Assembly (NCBI GenBank): GCA_003427395.1
Contig: BFEA01000031.1
Span: 1,073,218-1,137,217 of the forward strand
Origin: Chara braunii
Lineage: Eukaryota; Plantae; Charophyceae
Length of the DNA: 64,000 nt
Direction of reading: 5' to 3'
The first letter of the stretch is position 1. The number at the start of each line of letters is the position of its first letter. Position numbers and translations under genes: made by a program. The notes under the pieces were generated by a model that made no database searches, was not told where the DNA came from, and worked only from the letters and a program-made list of their open reading frames with translations. Of this stretch, positions 28,321 to 41,547 are shown in pieces.

Positions 28321-29120
28321 CGGCCCAGTGATGTATAGGGGGAGCAGGGAGGCAGCTTGTCTGCAAATGAGTGGCTGGCGGTAAGGGGCACAAAGAAGGA
28401 CTGGTGCGTGTTGATTTTAAGCTCTAATCGAGCCATCTATGAAGACTCAATCTGAATTCAATGATTCATCCATTCCAATTGTTGGGAGGTGGCCGTATAA
28501 ATCATATGAGCTAGATGGAGGTTGGTGACGGGTACTTGCGCCGACGAAAACTCTGGTAAGACTGCAGCAACAAAAGCACGGTCTTGGACCCGCCTGGGAT
28601 TTCGAGATCATGGCGGTGATAAAACCCCCCAATCGATCTCCTTTTTCTTCTTCTTCTTCTCGCACACCCTTTCTCACCCCCTACCCCCCATCCTCCACCC
28701 TGCCCGCCTTCGTTTCTCACCCCATGCCCCTTGCCCGCCCACCTTTTCTGACCCCCCGGCCGGCATCGTCTTCTTTCTTCTTCTTCTAGTAGCATCATTT
28801 CTCACCCCCTGGCGGCCATGCTCTACCACCAATCATCATCTTCTTCTTCTTCTTCTCCGCCCACCCTTCCTTACCCCCCCCGCTCCATCCTCCACCACCC
28901 ATCATCATCATCTTCTTCTTCTTCTTCTTCTCACCCCCCCCCTTCCACCATCCTCCATCACTCATCATAATCATCTTCTTCTTCTCGTTCTCCTCCTTTT
29001 TTTTTCTTCTTCGCCTCNNNNNNNNNNNNNNNNNNNNNNNNNNNNNNNNNNNNNNNNNNNNNNNNNNNNNNNNNNNNNNNNNNNNNNNNNNNNNNNNNNN
29101 NNNNNNNNNCCGTTTCAGAG

Positions 29121-29158
29121 CTGTCTCTTATACACATCTAGATGTGTATAAGAGACAG
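29121..29158. other. Nextera mate-pair junction adapter (assembly artefact)
   Basis: The same exact 38-mer, 11 bp from an N gap. Confidence 0.98.
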
Positions 29159-30450
29159 CCCTTTCTCACCCCCACCCCCTCCATTCCCACCACCCATCAT
29201 CATCTTCTTCTTCTTCCTCCTCCTTGCCCACCCTTTCTCACCCCCTGCTTCCTCCTCCCCCTCTTCCTCCTCCCCGTTCTTCTTCCTCCTCCCCCCCTCT
29301 CCTTCTTCCTCCTCCCCTCACCCCACCCCCCACAAGCTGACTTTTTTATTGCAGATTCGGGGTCCTCTGGGGCAGCGCAGCAAAACCCCACCTTCGGGGA
29401 AAAAACAAAAAATCCCCGCTGGGTTTCCGGACCACCTGGATTTCCTGGGCGGATCCCACCGGGCCCGCCCGGCCTGGAGCCGGACGGCGCCCCAGCCTAG
29501 CCAAATACAACTATAATAACCGGGCGTTCCCGTCGGGTGAAGTCAGTAGTGGGCTTTCAAGATGACATCTCACTGAATCACTCCCTCTACTCCGTACACG
29601 GACATGGGGATAGGGAGGTCTGCAGCAGTGACCACCCGGTCATCCTTCCTTGTATCCAGTCCCTTTGCCACAATGGCCCTTCAGGCCAGCGGAATAGTCT
29701 CCAGTTGTTTGTACCTTTTTTGGGCGTCCCTCACGTCGGGAAGGATGAGACTTGAGCTGCGCTTCGTATCTCCATGAGGCTGTCTGTGTCCCACATATCT
29801 CCTATGGTGAAGACATCCTTCTCACCCAAGTGAGCCAGTGTGAGTCCTTGTGCCGTAAAGGGTACCCGAAGATCGCTCGTCCTCATATCTTTTGCCACCT
29901 GATGGCTGGCCGGCTGCTGACTGGGCTTCAGATTTCCATGAGGCTGTGTCCCATGCATCTCCTCTGGTGAAGGCGACCTCACCCAAGTGAGCCAACGCAA
30001 GTCCTTGTGCAATGAGAAAGGTTATTGAAGATGGGCCATCTCCATATCTCGTAACACCTGATGGCTGGCTGGCTGCTGTTTGGCAAGGCCATTCTTCCTT
30101 CCACGGCGTAATAAGGAATTTCAGAGGGAGTCGCACTTCGGATCCCATCTCACCTGGTTCTCACCGCGTCTGTCTCTTTCTTGCATTTTTTAGGGCAACA
30201 AGTAGAGGGCAACAAATAGACCATTCTTTATTGGCCACCCATTGGAGAGCCCCTGATGGCAGACTGCTGTTTGGCAAGGCCGTTCTTTCTCCGGAGACGC
30301 AATAAGGAAGTCCAGAGGGTTTCGCACTTCACATCCCATCTCACCTGGTTCTCACGGCGTCCATCTCTTTCTTGTGTTTTTGAAGGCAAAGAATAGACCA
30401 TTCTTTACTGCCGCCCAGTGGAGAGGGTGGAGCGGATTCTGCAGAGTTAA

Positions 30451-30606
30451 ACCGCCAGTACACAGCCCCAGCCCTACTGCAAAACAAACTAGTAGCCTAA
30501 AAAAAATTTGTAGGCTTGGCCAACCAGCCAAAAAAGAGAAAAAGTGAGCTGCTGGCGGTTCGGAAATCCTTGGCAAGGGGCCAGCAGGCCCGGGTGTATT
30601 GGTGGT
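30451..30606. mobile_element. Short TTAA-flanked MITE of the ACCACCA-terminus group
   Basis: TTAA|ACCGCCAGTACAC...GTGTATTGGTGGT|TTAA; TIR matches at 11 of 13 positions. Confidence 0.75.
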
Positions 30607-31385
30607 TTAAGGAAGGGGCTGGGTTCTGAACAGTCCCCTAAGACCCAGGATAATCGAGTACGGAACTCAGGGACTATCGTTGGCCATCAACGGTCCCATG
30701 AGACACTATTTATCCAGTCCGTGGGATTATAGCCAAGACTTTGAAAGTCGACACATCTAGCTCTGAGTCACCGTTAGGATCAATTATACCCAATCCACTT
30801 TCTGCTGTACCTAGGTGTCCTCGTCCGATGAGACCCTATTTATGCAGTCCGTGGGATTATGGTATTTATTCCAGAGGTAGGCCCCTAGTCCCTGTTCTAC
30901 ACTTGCTAGTTGTTTTGGTTCAAACCACCCCCCCAACAGCAGCCCCTGCACTGTTCATTCGTCTCCTTCCCTGCCCGCGTACAGGTTCCGAGGGGAAGGG
31001 TACCACAGCTATTTTTCGTCACGGCGGCACTGTTAGATTTGACGCTCGGGGAAATGCTACTTTCGGTTCGCCAAACTAGGTCCGGACGAAGTGGTGGTTT
31101 GCAGGGTCGCACAGTAAACTCGCACCAGATCGAAGCTAGGATCGCATTGTTGATGGCTATAGTGCGCTGCCCACTAGTGATGTGCACAGCCCGTTCCATT
31201 CATTTCATCATGCATTCGAATGTCTTGTCCACCAATACATCCCCATGATCAATGGGGAGTCCCACTGCTGACCCTGTTTGCCCGGACGAGTTCGGCGCAA
31301 AATGGCAGGCCGGTAGCTCCGACCAGACACATCACGAGCCCTGCCGCATCGCAGAACATGGCTGGGAAAAGTACTGTGGGTTTAA

Positions 31386-31574
31386 ATCAACGGTACACCC
31401 GGGCCTGCAGGTGCACATCACTGCGTGCCAGTCTTTTCCAACCCGCCAGCAGCGCAATGTTTCTTCTTTTCTAGCTGGCGCCGCCAGCCATTGCGGTCCA
31501 GTAGGCCAAGCCTCCGAAATTTTTGTAGGTGACGAGTTTTCTTTCCAGCAAGGCTGGGGCTGTGTACTGCAGGT
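31386..31574. mobile_element. Inverted, diverged relative of the 30451 MITE
   Basis: TTAA at both ends; termini share TACACCCGGGCC and CAGTACACAGCCCCAGCC with 30451-30606 in the opposite orientation. Confidence 0.65.
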
Positions 31575-32382
31575 TTAAGAGCAAAAAATCTAGAAAACAC
31601 TAGAAATATGTCAACAAAAGATCGCCATGTTCCTTTCCTAGCGAGTTGGACAAGCACCTATGATTTCCATAAAGCTTTGCATGATTTTCTTGTACTACAT
31701 TCAGATTTGACTTTGTCTCCAGATTTCCAATACGCTACCAGATCTGGTCCAGATTTCCAATACGTTACCACCTCTGGCAACAAAGTCGACGCTGATCTGC
31801 AACCACGCCGCCAACCGCATTGAATTCAAATCAAATTTATCAAACCCTTTTCGCTGGCCCAAGTTGACATTTCAATCGAGTCGCAGTCGCCAAAGAATTC
31901 ACATTCAATACAGTCAAAGATGAAGCAAGGCTTAGCAAGCAAATGGTAGGAATTCCCCGTACTCAAATCAACAGCAGTCAAAGATGAAGCTCAGCAAGCA
32001 AACGGTGGAGGTGGCAGGCTTAGCAAGCAAATGGTAGGAATTGCCCGTGCTGGAATCAACAGCAGATTCGCAATGACTTTTCGCACGTAGATCCATACCC
32101 CTCTTGTGCACAGGTGGGCAAGCTCAAGCAATTGAATGGGGGAGCTGGTGGTGGTATTGACCTGTCATCCCCGTGTACGGATTAGAAGGAACACAGATGG
32201 AGGGGGATGGATACAAGCAACCAGGAGAAGAGTGCCCAGCCCATGTGGCTGATTGGTACACAAACATGTCACTGTCGATAAACGTGTCATGAGATCGAAG
32301 CTTGGAGGAAGCTGAGGAATACATCAATGCTAGGGAATACTCCTTGTCCATTCTTTCCAGGAGAGCAGAGTCCAGGTGACCA

Positions 32383-32454
32383 GGGGGCTAGCTCAGTTGG
32401 TAAGGCACGCAAGTGCCAGTCAGGAGGTCTGGGGTTCAATCCCCATTAGCCTCA
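32383..32454 (+). mobile_element. tRNA-like head of a second SINE family
   Basis: GGGGCTAGCTCAGTTGGTAA..GGTTCAATCCCC..TAGCCTCA; the anticodon arm does not pair. A homolog lies at 11885-11952 (minus) and another tRNA-like head at 40310-40385 (minus). Confidence 0.65.
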
Positions 32455-33001
32455 TGTACCTTCCTGGGCAAGCTTGGCACCCGCCAATTAGAGATATGGA
32501 GTTGGTCCCCCCACGTGGCATTGAGCAGAGTGTGTTGATGTTCAGTGGGGGAGGGGACCAGAGGGGAGTCACAGTGACTGGCCCATCGAAGAAGCTCGGT
32601 CCTGATGCTACCGGCTGACCCCTGGGTATCGCCCACCTGATGTAGCAGGTATCGCACCTGCTGGTGGGTGCAGCTCCCGCATGTTCCCTCGTCGGACGCT
32701 TGAGCACGGATGTGGCTGCTTCAGGGTTCCCGTTATACTATAATGACAAAAGGTCGTCCTGTCCAGATTCGACAGGTAATTGAATTGGTCGGGCTTAAAG
32801 AATTAGCCTTTGAAGTTTGAAGTTTGAATTTAAAAAAAAAAGAAAAAAAAAAGACGGAGCGACCTCTTGGCTATTAACCAGGGAGCTTGATGTCTGAGCT
32901 GGGAAAGCAGAAGGTAGGATATACCCATCCAGCCACAGCGAAACACAGAACTCGCTGCCCATCCAATTCCAAGAAAAAACGACAAGCAGGACATATAACA
33001 G

Positions 33002-33077
<76 letters not shown>

Positions 33078-33733
33078 AACAGGCACACAATCAAGATCCA
33101 TCCAATTGAGCAGAGATCCATCTATCCATCCGTCCAATGACAGCGAACAACTGAGACCCTGCCATCTGACAACAGCAAACAATTGAAGCGGGACAAACAG
33201 ATGAGCAGCAGCAATCACCCGAAACATTTCATCTGACAATGGAGGAACAGAACACTGATGACTGACTTATTGTAGAATACCATAACAGCCTCCGTTTTTT
33301 TTTTTTTTTTTTTTTTTTTTTTCACCTGCCATCTCGCGTGAAAGAATCAACGGTTGGAATTGATCCATCTGTGCCTGTCAAAGACAGGATGATCATTTTC
33401 TGCTTGCCCCAGCCGGTACTCGTTCAACTTTGCTGAGTCGCAAGAAGATCTCATTCACTGGTTATATGTCAGCGAATGCTCATCTCAATTCATATCAACA
33501 CACAGCAGCCGCAGATACCAGGGTGTATATAAACATCAGGAGGCAAGAGATCTGGTGCTATGCTGCACAAGCGTGAAAGCTCGGGGCTTTTGTACACTTG
33601 GAGAGTCATCACTAGGTCATGGGCTCGTGTGCAATAGGATTACCGACTCTGTGCTTGTGGTCCCCACAGAAAGATCAAGAGTGGCAATAGCAGAGGCCAT
33701 GTGAAGCTCGCCACTGAGCCAATCAACCTAGCC

Positions 33734-34570
33734 TCATCTTTTGTCCGAATTAACAGAATTTTCGAAGGTCTCTCCAAGAGGAAAGTTTTGTGTATGAATG
33801 ACAACATCACCTACCCTTCCGCGTCGCAATCGTGTGCCTTTCGGATTCACGGTATCGGGATCGGTTATAATAGGTTCTTCCTCGTTGATGCCTTCCAAGC
33901 TTCTGCTAGTTCTGCTGTTCCCTCTGGACTGTGCGGCCGAATCGTACATAAGGGTGGCTGATGAAGATGTCAATGTCAACCCTCTTGCAACCCGTGCAAC
34001 ATTCATCGGTAGCGCCATTGACCCTGAGTCATCCTCGGGGTCGAGAAGTATACCCGCGGCCCGTTTCGCTTCCCTCAGCGCTTCCCTATGCTTCTGTTCG
34101 CGCTTCTTCTTCCGTCTCCATGCCGCCTGGATTGTGCACGCCGCCCACATCTGCCATTGCTGAGAATAACATCGTAGGGTGTGCTGGATCTCTTTCGAGT
34201 GCAAACGGCGGAACTGGCTCGCAACATATTTGAGGTCGTCAGCGCTCAGCGAAAACGCCTCCACTTCATCCAAAATGACCACCCGCCGGGAGGACTTCGG
34301 CAAGCTGTCATGCTGGCTCTTCGGCTCGAGCGCCCACGTCAGCAGCTCTTCACCACAGAAATCGCCAGCCCGTAATTGTCTGGTATTCAGAAAACCTGTC
34401 CGGCCACCATTCGTTGTAGAGCTCTCCATTCTACCCTTGATGACGAAAACCATGGACTGCACAGGGTCGTCCTCTCGAATCAATACCGTCCCTTCAACAA
34501 ACATAGCTTGTTGCAGACACAAACATATCGCGTCTTGCAAGTTGCTGTCCATTTTCTCAAACAGGGGGAC
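33734..34570 (-). CDS. CNGC: CNGC coding exon 6 (cNMP-binding domain, IQ motif, C-terminus)
   Basis: Acceptor TAG|GTC; VPLFEKMD..TTNGGRTGF..GDFCGEELLTWAL..VEAFSLSADDLKYVASQFRRLHSK..WAACTIQAAWRR; TGA at 33736-33734. The six exons total 2247 nt, 748 aa. Confidence 0.94.
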   Translation of the reverse strand, partial: VPLFEKMDSNLQDAICLCLQQAMFVEGTVLIREDDPVQSMVFVIKGRMESSTTNGGRTGFLNTRQLRAGDFCGEELLTWALEPKSQHDSLPKSSRRVVILDEVEAFSLSADDLKYVASQFRRLHSKEIQHTLRCYSQQWQMWAACTIQAAWRRKKKREQKHREALREAKRAAGILLDPEDDSGSMALPMNVARVARGLTLTSSSATLMYDSAAQSRGNSRTSRSLEGINEEEPIITDPDTVNPKGTRLRRGRVGDVVIHTQNFPLGETFENSVNSDKR

Positions 34571-36412
34571 CTACAGACAAAGCACAGATACGAGAAGAAA
34601 GAAACAAAAGCGTGAGACAGAACACCAGCAGCAGTGGTGAACCCAACCAGCATGTGTGGCTGAACAGTACACAACTGTAACTGTTGTGAAACAGATCAGT
34701 GGATCGAATCACCCTGGAATCACAGGGGGCTACAATCAGACTGCCGTCTTCCCCCGAACATGACGCATATGCGTTATACAACTTGTACTTCAGATTTTTT
34801 TTGAAGTCACAATTTTCGAATACAACGCATGGACTCATTTGTTGTAGGAAAGGAAATGCACCCAGACTGCGTCAGGACTAGTCTGCGTACCTGAGACTCG
34901 CCCTCCTACCACCACTGGGATTGAGGTCTGGCACAAAGGCAAAAAAAGGGACAGAAGGTGAGGGGACGCTGGACCCGGTTTCCAGCACATGCGTTCCATT
35001 CCAAGTTCCAACTCATCTCACAACTTTTCCTACGTTGTTTCACGAGGGATGCTGGGCCCGGTTCTCAGCACGTGTTGAGCCAGCCGATAAAAAAAACACA
35101 AACAGCAGGTAGTGTAGAAGTGCTTTTAGGAAGCCGGGCCGGGGAACAGACAGGGACCACCACTGGTGTCCCCCAGTGGCCCTGGCTGGGCCCTGCTTTT
35201 TGGAAGGCGGGCCGGGGAACAGACAGGGACCACCACTAGTGTCCCCCAGTGGCCCTGCCTGGGCCCTGGCCTTGGGCCTCAGTTTTCGGAATGCAGGGCA
35301 GATAGGGATGGGACGCTGGACCCGTTTACCAGCACCTGTGTTCTCTCTCGAGTCTAGACTCATCTCATGTTTTTTTCTATGATTTTTCACGAGGGACACT
35401 GAGCCCGGTTCTCAGCACGTGCTGCTCCCCACGAATATAGATTGAAGCCTGGTTGAAAGAAAAAGAAAATCCGATAGAAAGCAACCTATGCATTGTGCTC
35501 GTCTACAATGCATATGCCTTATGTTCGGGGGAAAGACGGTAGGGGCTGCACTGTTTAGATAGTATGATAACAGGGTAGGCTGGTACTCAGCCCCTCAAAT
35601 TGTCTCTGTGTTTTTTACATACATGGCTGGTTTTAGACACAAACAGGTCGCGTCTAGCAGGTTGAGGGATCTATGAAAGCAAGCACAAAGACGAGAAGAA
35701 ATCGAATGTATAACGTTCATGAGAACGCGAGATGGAGGAGAGAGAAGGAAATACAGAAAGACCGACCTCAAGTTCCAGGTCATGGCTGACGTTCTCAAAC
35801 ATGCACATTTATAAAATACAGCAAGCACACAGAAGCAAGGAAAGTGTAGAACATTGAGAAGGAAATACGGACTCAGTTTCCAGCTAGAAGTTGTTTTGAT
35901 TTGTCGTAGACGACTTGTGGTATACTTAGATGCTATTTCCATGTTGAGTAAGACATTAGAAGCGCATCAGGCTCGTCCTTCGGGACATCCGTTAAAATTG
36001 GAAAGATACAAAGAAGATTCGCATAGGATGACCCACATAATCAAGCAATGGTCCACACAAAAAAAAAGAGCATCAAGATCACCATAATGTGCTGTTTTTG
36101 AAAAAAAACTTTAAAAAAGAAGTTAAAAAAAAAAAAAGACCATGAGGAAGGTCTTGACAATGCCTGGAGACAGCAAGTGTAATGGGCCAAATATCTTGGC
36201 CATAGCATGGATGGAGATGGAGTACAGCCACAGAGGGCAAGAAGACAGCAGCAATTGGATACTAGCCCATGCCCGAAAACCTCACAGAACTGCGTTCATT
36301 CTTAGGATTAGCCAATTACTGTAGGAAAGAGGGAATCTTTGGTGGCTGTGCGATAAAGAGTCGTTAAAATAGACCGCACTTTGTCATTGAAAAAAAGTTG
36401 AAACGAACGTCA

Positions 36413-36590
36413 ACCTTAGTTGGTACACCCCTGACATGTTGAAATACAGACCTGAGTTTAAACTCCGCTGACAACAGATGAGTAAAATAGTTAAAAATAC
36501 TACAGTAATTCTGAATTACCTAGGGCAGGTCAGTTAGATGATGATATCTCAAGGCCGTCGGCATGAAAAAAAAAAAAAACAAAAAAAAAA
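36413..36590 (+). mobile_element. tRNA-derived SINE, family 1
   Basis: TGTTGAAATACAGACC..TTCTGAATT..ATGATGATATCTCAAGGCCGTCG followed by poly-A. Confidence 0.75.
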
Positions 36591-37103
36591 CAGAAGAATA
36601 CCCAGTCCTAAAGATAGCAGAGTCCTAAGCAGACCCTTTCCTGCCTTTTGTTCTCACTACAGAGGAGGCTAGTCAGTATGGGATAGGAGCTTTGTTGCAG
36701 CAAGATGATGTTAGATAGCACCGCTCTCCGGAATTCACTTCCAAACGGTTACCATGCTGCGGCAAGATGATGTTATGGAGCACCGCTCTTTGAAATTGGT
36801 AGACACTTCGAGAAGAGAATAGCAGATTCAACGTAGCAGAGACTACACACTACAAAACATGGTGACATCGCTTAATTGGTAGACACTTCGAAATCTATTC
36901 CGATTGCAAGACACACTGTTGGCTTAAAGCACCAGAACATGGGCATGTCGGCCGCGGGCCTGACACCTGGAATTCTGGAAGCACAAAACGAAAATGCGAC
37001 CGCCGATCCAATTTATCAACGGCAGGCCCATCGTTTGACGTTTCAGCTTCATCGTTGTCTTGTGGCAACAAGTTTCCGACTGCAAGGCTGGGGCCGTGTA
37101 TTA

Positions 37104-37206
37104 TCGTCTTCACCCGAATAGAACGTCCGGTCATTATAGCCGTATCTGGACTGAAAATTGCACCAGATACGGCTATAATGACCGGTCGTTCTATTCGGGT
37201 GACGAC
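37104..37206. mobile_element. Same MITE family, near-perfect hairpin
   Basis: ~45-bp inverted arms around a 13-nt loop. A partial copy lies at 40155-40247. Confidence 0.85.
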
Positions 37207-37630
37207 AAGCGGAACACCAAATGAGCTGCGCAAGGGCTGGAAGCAACATATGTACGATAGAGGTCAGTGCAGAACGCCTGCCCTCAGAACCATGTGTGAC
37301 ACTTGAATGGATGGTACAACGAAGTCCTCCGGACTTCCATACCTTTGAAGAACTTCCAGCCATGGCGCTTCGAGTCTGCTATGTGATAGTAATTGGCGAG
37401 ACCGCAGAGAAGTCCGGAGATACGTGACACTAACAAGGGAACACCAAATGAGCTGCGCAAGGGCTGGAAGCCACGTGTCGACCTTTAGACTGTCTGAATC
37501 CCAATCAAACTTAGAGATGACCACACACACTCATGAATTCGCACTAAGTAAAAGGACCTAAAGAAGGTCGCTGAGAACGTTAGAAATGCCCAGCTCAAAG
37601 ATGGTAGAAACAACAAACAAGCATACCAAC

Positions 37631-37800
37631 GGGCCTAGCTCAGTCGATACACTCATGAACTGTTGAAATACAGACCCCAAGTTCAAATCCAGATACAATC
37701 AGATGACCAAACCAAAATCTTTCTGAATTACCTAGGGCAACTCAGTCTCAAGGACGGTATCTCAAGGCCGTCGTTGCCCTTTCCAAAAAGAAAAACAAAA
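37631..37800 (+). mobile_element. tRNA-derived SINE, family 1
   Basis: GCCTAGCTCAGT..GTTCAAATCC..TATCTCAAGGCCGTCG with an A-rich tail. A 3' fragment also lies at 47965-47990 (minus). Confidence 0.75.
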
Positions 37801-37994
37801 TAGAAAAGACAAACAAGCATAGCAGACCGTCAAGGTTTACCGTCACGGATCTAGCCTGGGTTAAGTCAAAAGACTTCATCCCCGAAGAAGAAGCAATTTC
37901 GCAGAAACTACCACCTGCTTCTAGAAGACCAGTGGCAGTCCTAAATGTGATAGGTGATGCAGTTGGCCCATCATATGTCACTAATGTCCCTCCA

Positions 37995-38085
37995 CACCTG
38001 CAAACTTACGCTGTATATCACACCTACCTGCAAACTTACGCTGTATATCACGCCTACCTGCAAACTTACGCTGTATATCACGCCT
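37995..38085. repeat. 30-bp tandem repeat, 3 units
   Basis: ACCTGCAAACTTACGCTGTATATCACRCCT x3. Confidence 0.9.
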
Positions 38086-38809
38086 CCTAGCCACTGAATG
38101 TGAACTCGGACAGATCCTTCCCCTCACGTAGATCCATGATTCCACCTGATATGATAATGATCAGAGAGTTTATCAGCAAACACTCAGAACGGGAAGAAAG
38201 AAATGGCCTCAACAATAGTACAAAGTACAGTGGCAGGACCTTGAAGAGGATAGAATCCAATAGATGCTTCACTAAGGAAGAGGATCGGGAATAGTCTCCT
38301 GTTATTAACAAGCGAGAAGGGGTATTCGAATTGGAGGGCGTCCAAATTCGGCTGGCAGGACCGAAAGGACTTCGCGCATGTCAGAAGTCCCAGTTCCAAG
38401 TCCCAAGGCTCAATGTAACATCGTCCCGACCGGTAGGAGTCCTAGGCCCGTCTGCATGGTAGCCGGAAATAGGTCAGTATGGTAGCACTCTGTAGCCCCA
38501 GTTCGTTATTTGTCTGTCAGTCCAAAGTTAGTGAGCAATTGAAATGTCCCGGTCCAGAAGGATCCAAATGAGGGAAACATGGCAAGTAGGGATAATAAGG
38601 TCGCCATTAGCAGAATATCAACACAATTTCCATTCATGCCTAACATGGAAGCACTGTCGCTGTCTTCTGTGGGAAGGACAGAGTGACGCTGAGAGACAGA
38701 GTAGTGTGGTCCATGGCGCCTGGTGCCATAGCTGATAGTAAGAGCGAGAGCATGGATAAGCAAAGACGTTCAGAGAGTGTGAGCGAGACCTGTGAAAGTA
38801 AAATGGCGG

Positions 38810-38914
<105 letters not shown>

Positions 38915-39556
38915 CTGAGCATGCACTAGACCGCCGCAGCCACAAGCGTGTGCATACATGAGATTTGTTGTATAAGACATATAAAGACCTACTGTTGATG
39001 GCAATGCATTTATATTCTGTTTCTGATTGAAACATAATAGAGAGCACGATATATTAATAGGATGCTGTTTCGATTTCGACTTCATTAACTACAACAAGCA
39101 CCACTCGTTAACACTTGATTGGAAGTTTCATGCGAAGCTGAGATGGATCCTACACATGGAAGTCGTTGATGCAACCGAGATTCATTTATGTACACCTGCG
39201 CGCCCAGCCGCCGTGAACACACGGCACTGTAAGTGGCATACAGTTGAAGATGATGCTATACATTGCAAGAACCACCAAGCTAAAAAAGCACTGCTGCGGT
39301 TCTGCTAATTTGCAAAAAAACAACTTGAGGTCCTAGATTGAAATCTTGGTAGCAGCAAAATAATAAAAAGAGCAACAGTGAACATGGACATTTTGGGCAG
39401 GTTGTGGGCCCAAAGCCCTCTGCCCAAACGATGACCCTATTTACTACTTACTATTTAGTGTTTTCAAATTTTCAATGCTAACTGTGATGGGCGAATGAGA
39501 TGGGGCGATGACCGTATATGCCATGTGGAAAAGCCCATGATAGAAGTTAATCTCAC

Positions 39557-39793
39557 CTTCCGAATAAGATCAATAGCAAGATGCCGTTTGATATCTCGCC
39601 GCAGATCCCATGGTAATTTCTCGAGCAACAGCCCCTCATTCACACCCCTTGTGGCGGCCCACTTGAACGACTCGTACCGCCTCACGCGCTCACGAAGGTC
39701 CTTCGGCAGTCGGCGATGTCGCATCCAGTACTCCGTGTCTCTTCTGCTTGTCCTCATCTCCTCCAACCTGGTTGTCAGAGACATCCAATATGT
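39557..39793 (-). CDS. CNGC: CNGC coding exon 5 (C-linker)
   Basis: Acceptor CAG|ACA; TYWMSLTTRLEEMR..WMRHRRLPKDLRERVRRY..KWAATRGVNE..LPWDLRRDIKRHL; donor AAG|GTGAGA; 237 nt. Confidence 0.95.
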
Positions 39794-41238
39794 CTGCAAG
39801 AAGCAAATTAAAGAGGCGGATAAGAAGAAGATAGGAGGAGGGGAAGATATCGAGTAACGTGAACGATCAAGATGGAAGCACAGCATCAGAGAGGATGGAT
39901 GCTAGACAACACTGCGACTAATGTCTGTTAGCGAGGTACACAGTTCCATATTTCCTAAAGATGCAGAAAGATCGTAGGCTGAGGTAGCTCATTTTTTTTT
40001 TTAACTTTCGCCGTCCACAATTCGTATAACGTACAAGAGGACAGGGTGTGACACTGCTTGCAACAAGGACAAATGGAGTGCACATTCGAAACTCGTTAGT
40101 CCTCTTCTTCGCACAAACTTATCTACGCCACTGAGCTACCACATGAACATATCTGTCTCACCCGCTCATTATCGCTGCATCTGGACTGGGAGTTGAGCCA
40201 AACACAGCTATAATGACCGGGCGTTCTATTTGGGTGAGAAGACGGTAGGCTGGTCGACAAGTACGTGGGGTGCCAACCTCATACTATACTGAACATGCGC
40301 AGGGGAAGTTGAGGCCCGACAGAATCAAACCCGCAACCTCACCATCGCAACGCCAGAGCCCTAACCCACTGCGCTACCACGCGTGTCCTAGTTATTGTTC
40401 TTATTGTCTGTCATAGACCTTGATGTTGATGTTGGTGGTGGAGGTGGAGGTGGAGGTGGAGGTGGTGGTGGCGGTAACCTTGATGCGGGACTGGTTTGTG
40501 CTTTCTTTGCAGTTCCAGTGGAACTTCACATGTTGGACCACAACCGACTGAATTGCAATGGGATTATAATGACCGGTCCAAAGTTTCCTGGGCGGACATC
40601 ATGTTCACCGTTACTAATCACTATCAAATCCTCAAATGATCACTGCCACTGGCATTGCCATCATTGTCACCCGTCATCATCATCATCGTAATCATTACCA
40701 TCATCATCATCATCTTTCTTACTAAACTCGTCATCATCGTCAAGTTCCCATTACACTCGTCATCATCATCATCATTTGTGATTAAAAAAATCGTCATTAT
40801 CATTTCTCATCGAGCTCATCACTATCATTGTTTTCCTGGGTTCCTCCCTCCTAGCTCAAAAAGCGACTAAGGAGTACATGATACATATTCTCGCCACTCT
40901 CCAAACCAAGAGCATTCAACCCATGACTAAGGTGAAACGACCCGTACGAGAGATTTTCCTGGATCCATTTACAGGATTACAGATGGCGGGCTTATTCCAC
41001 ACCACTGGGGCATATCATTCAACGTGAAAGATTACATCCACCCAAACAATGGCAGACTGCATAACTGGAAGGGTTAGCGCAACTGTGTTTGACGTCGGTT
41101 TCCAAAGCTTCTTGGTGACTCCCTTTAGCGACATTTTCGGTCTATTGTTTCTATGTTACTCGGATGGACTGTTACCGCTTTGCTGGCAAACAAGAATATG
41201 ATGGGTGATGCATTTCAGGTGGTGCGAGCTCACTGGTT

Positions 41239-41294
<56 letters not shown>

Positions 41295-41412
41295 NNNNNN
41301 NNNNNNNNNNNNNNNNNNNNNNNNNNNNNNNNNNNNNNNNNNNNNNNNNNNNNNNNNNNNNNNNNNNNNNNNNNNNNNNNNNNNNNNNNNNNNNNNNNNN
41401 NNNNNNNNNNNN

Positions 41413-41446
<34 letters not shown>

Positions 41447-41547
41447 CACACATACTCAACACTTCCACACACACACACACACACGCACACACTTCACACA
41501 CACATACTCAACACTTCCACACACACACACACACACGCACACACACA

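Noticed and set aside
29540-30420. Possible LINE ORF2 remnant with internal duplications
   Set aside because: The duplicated blocks are visible, but no diagnostic RT or endonuclease motif could be read.
32383-32454. Functional tRNA gene
   Set aside because: The anticodon arm does not pair, there is no T-run terminator, and a diverged homolog at 11.9 kb indicates a SINE head.
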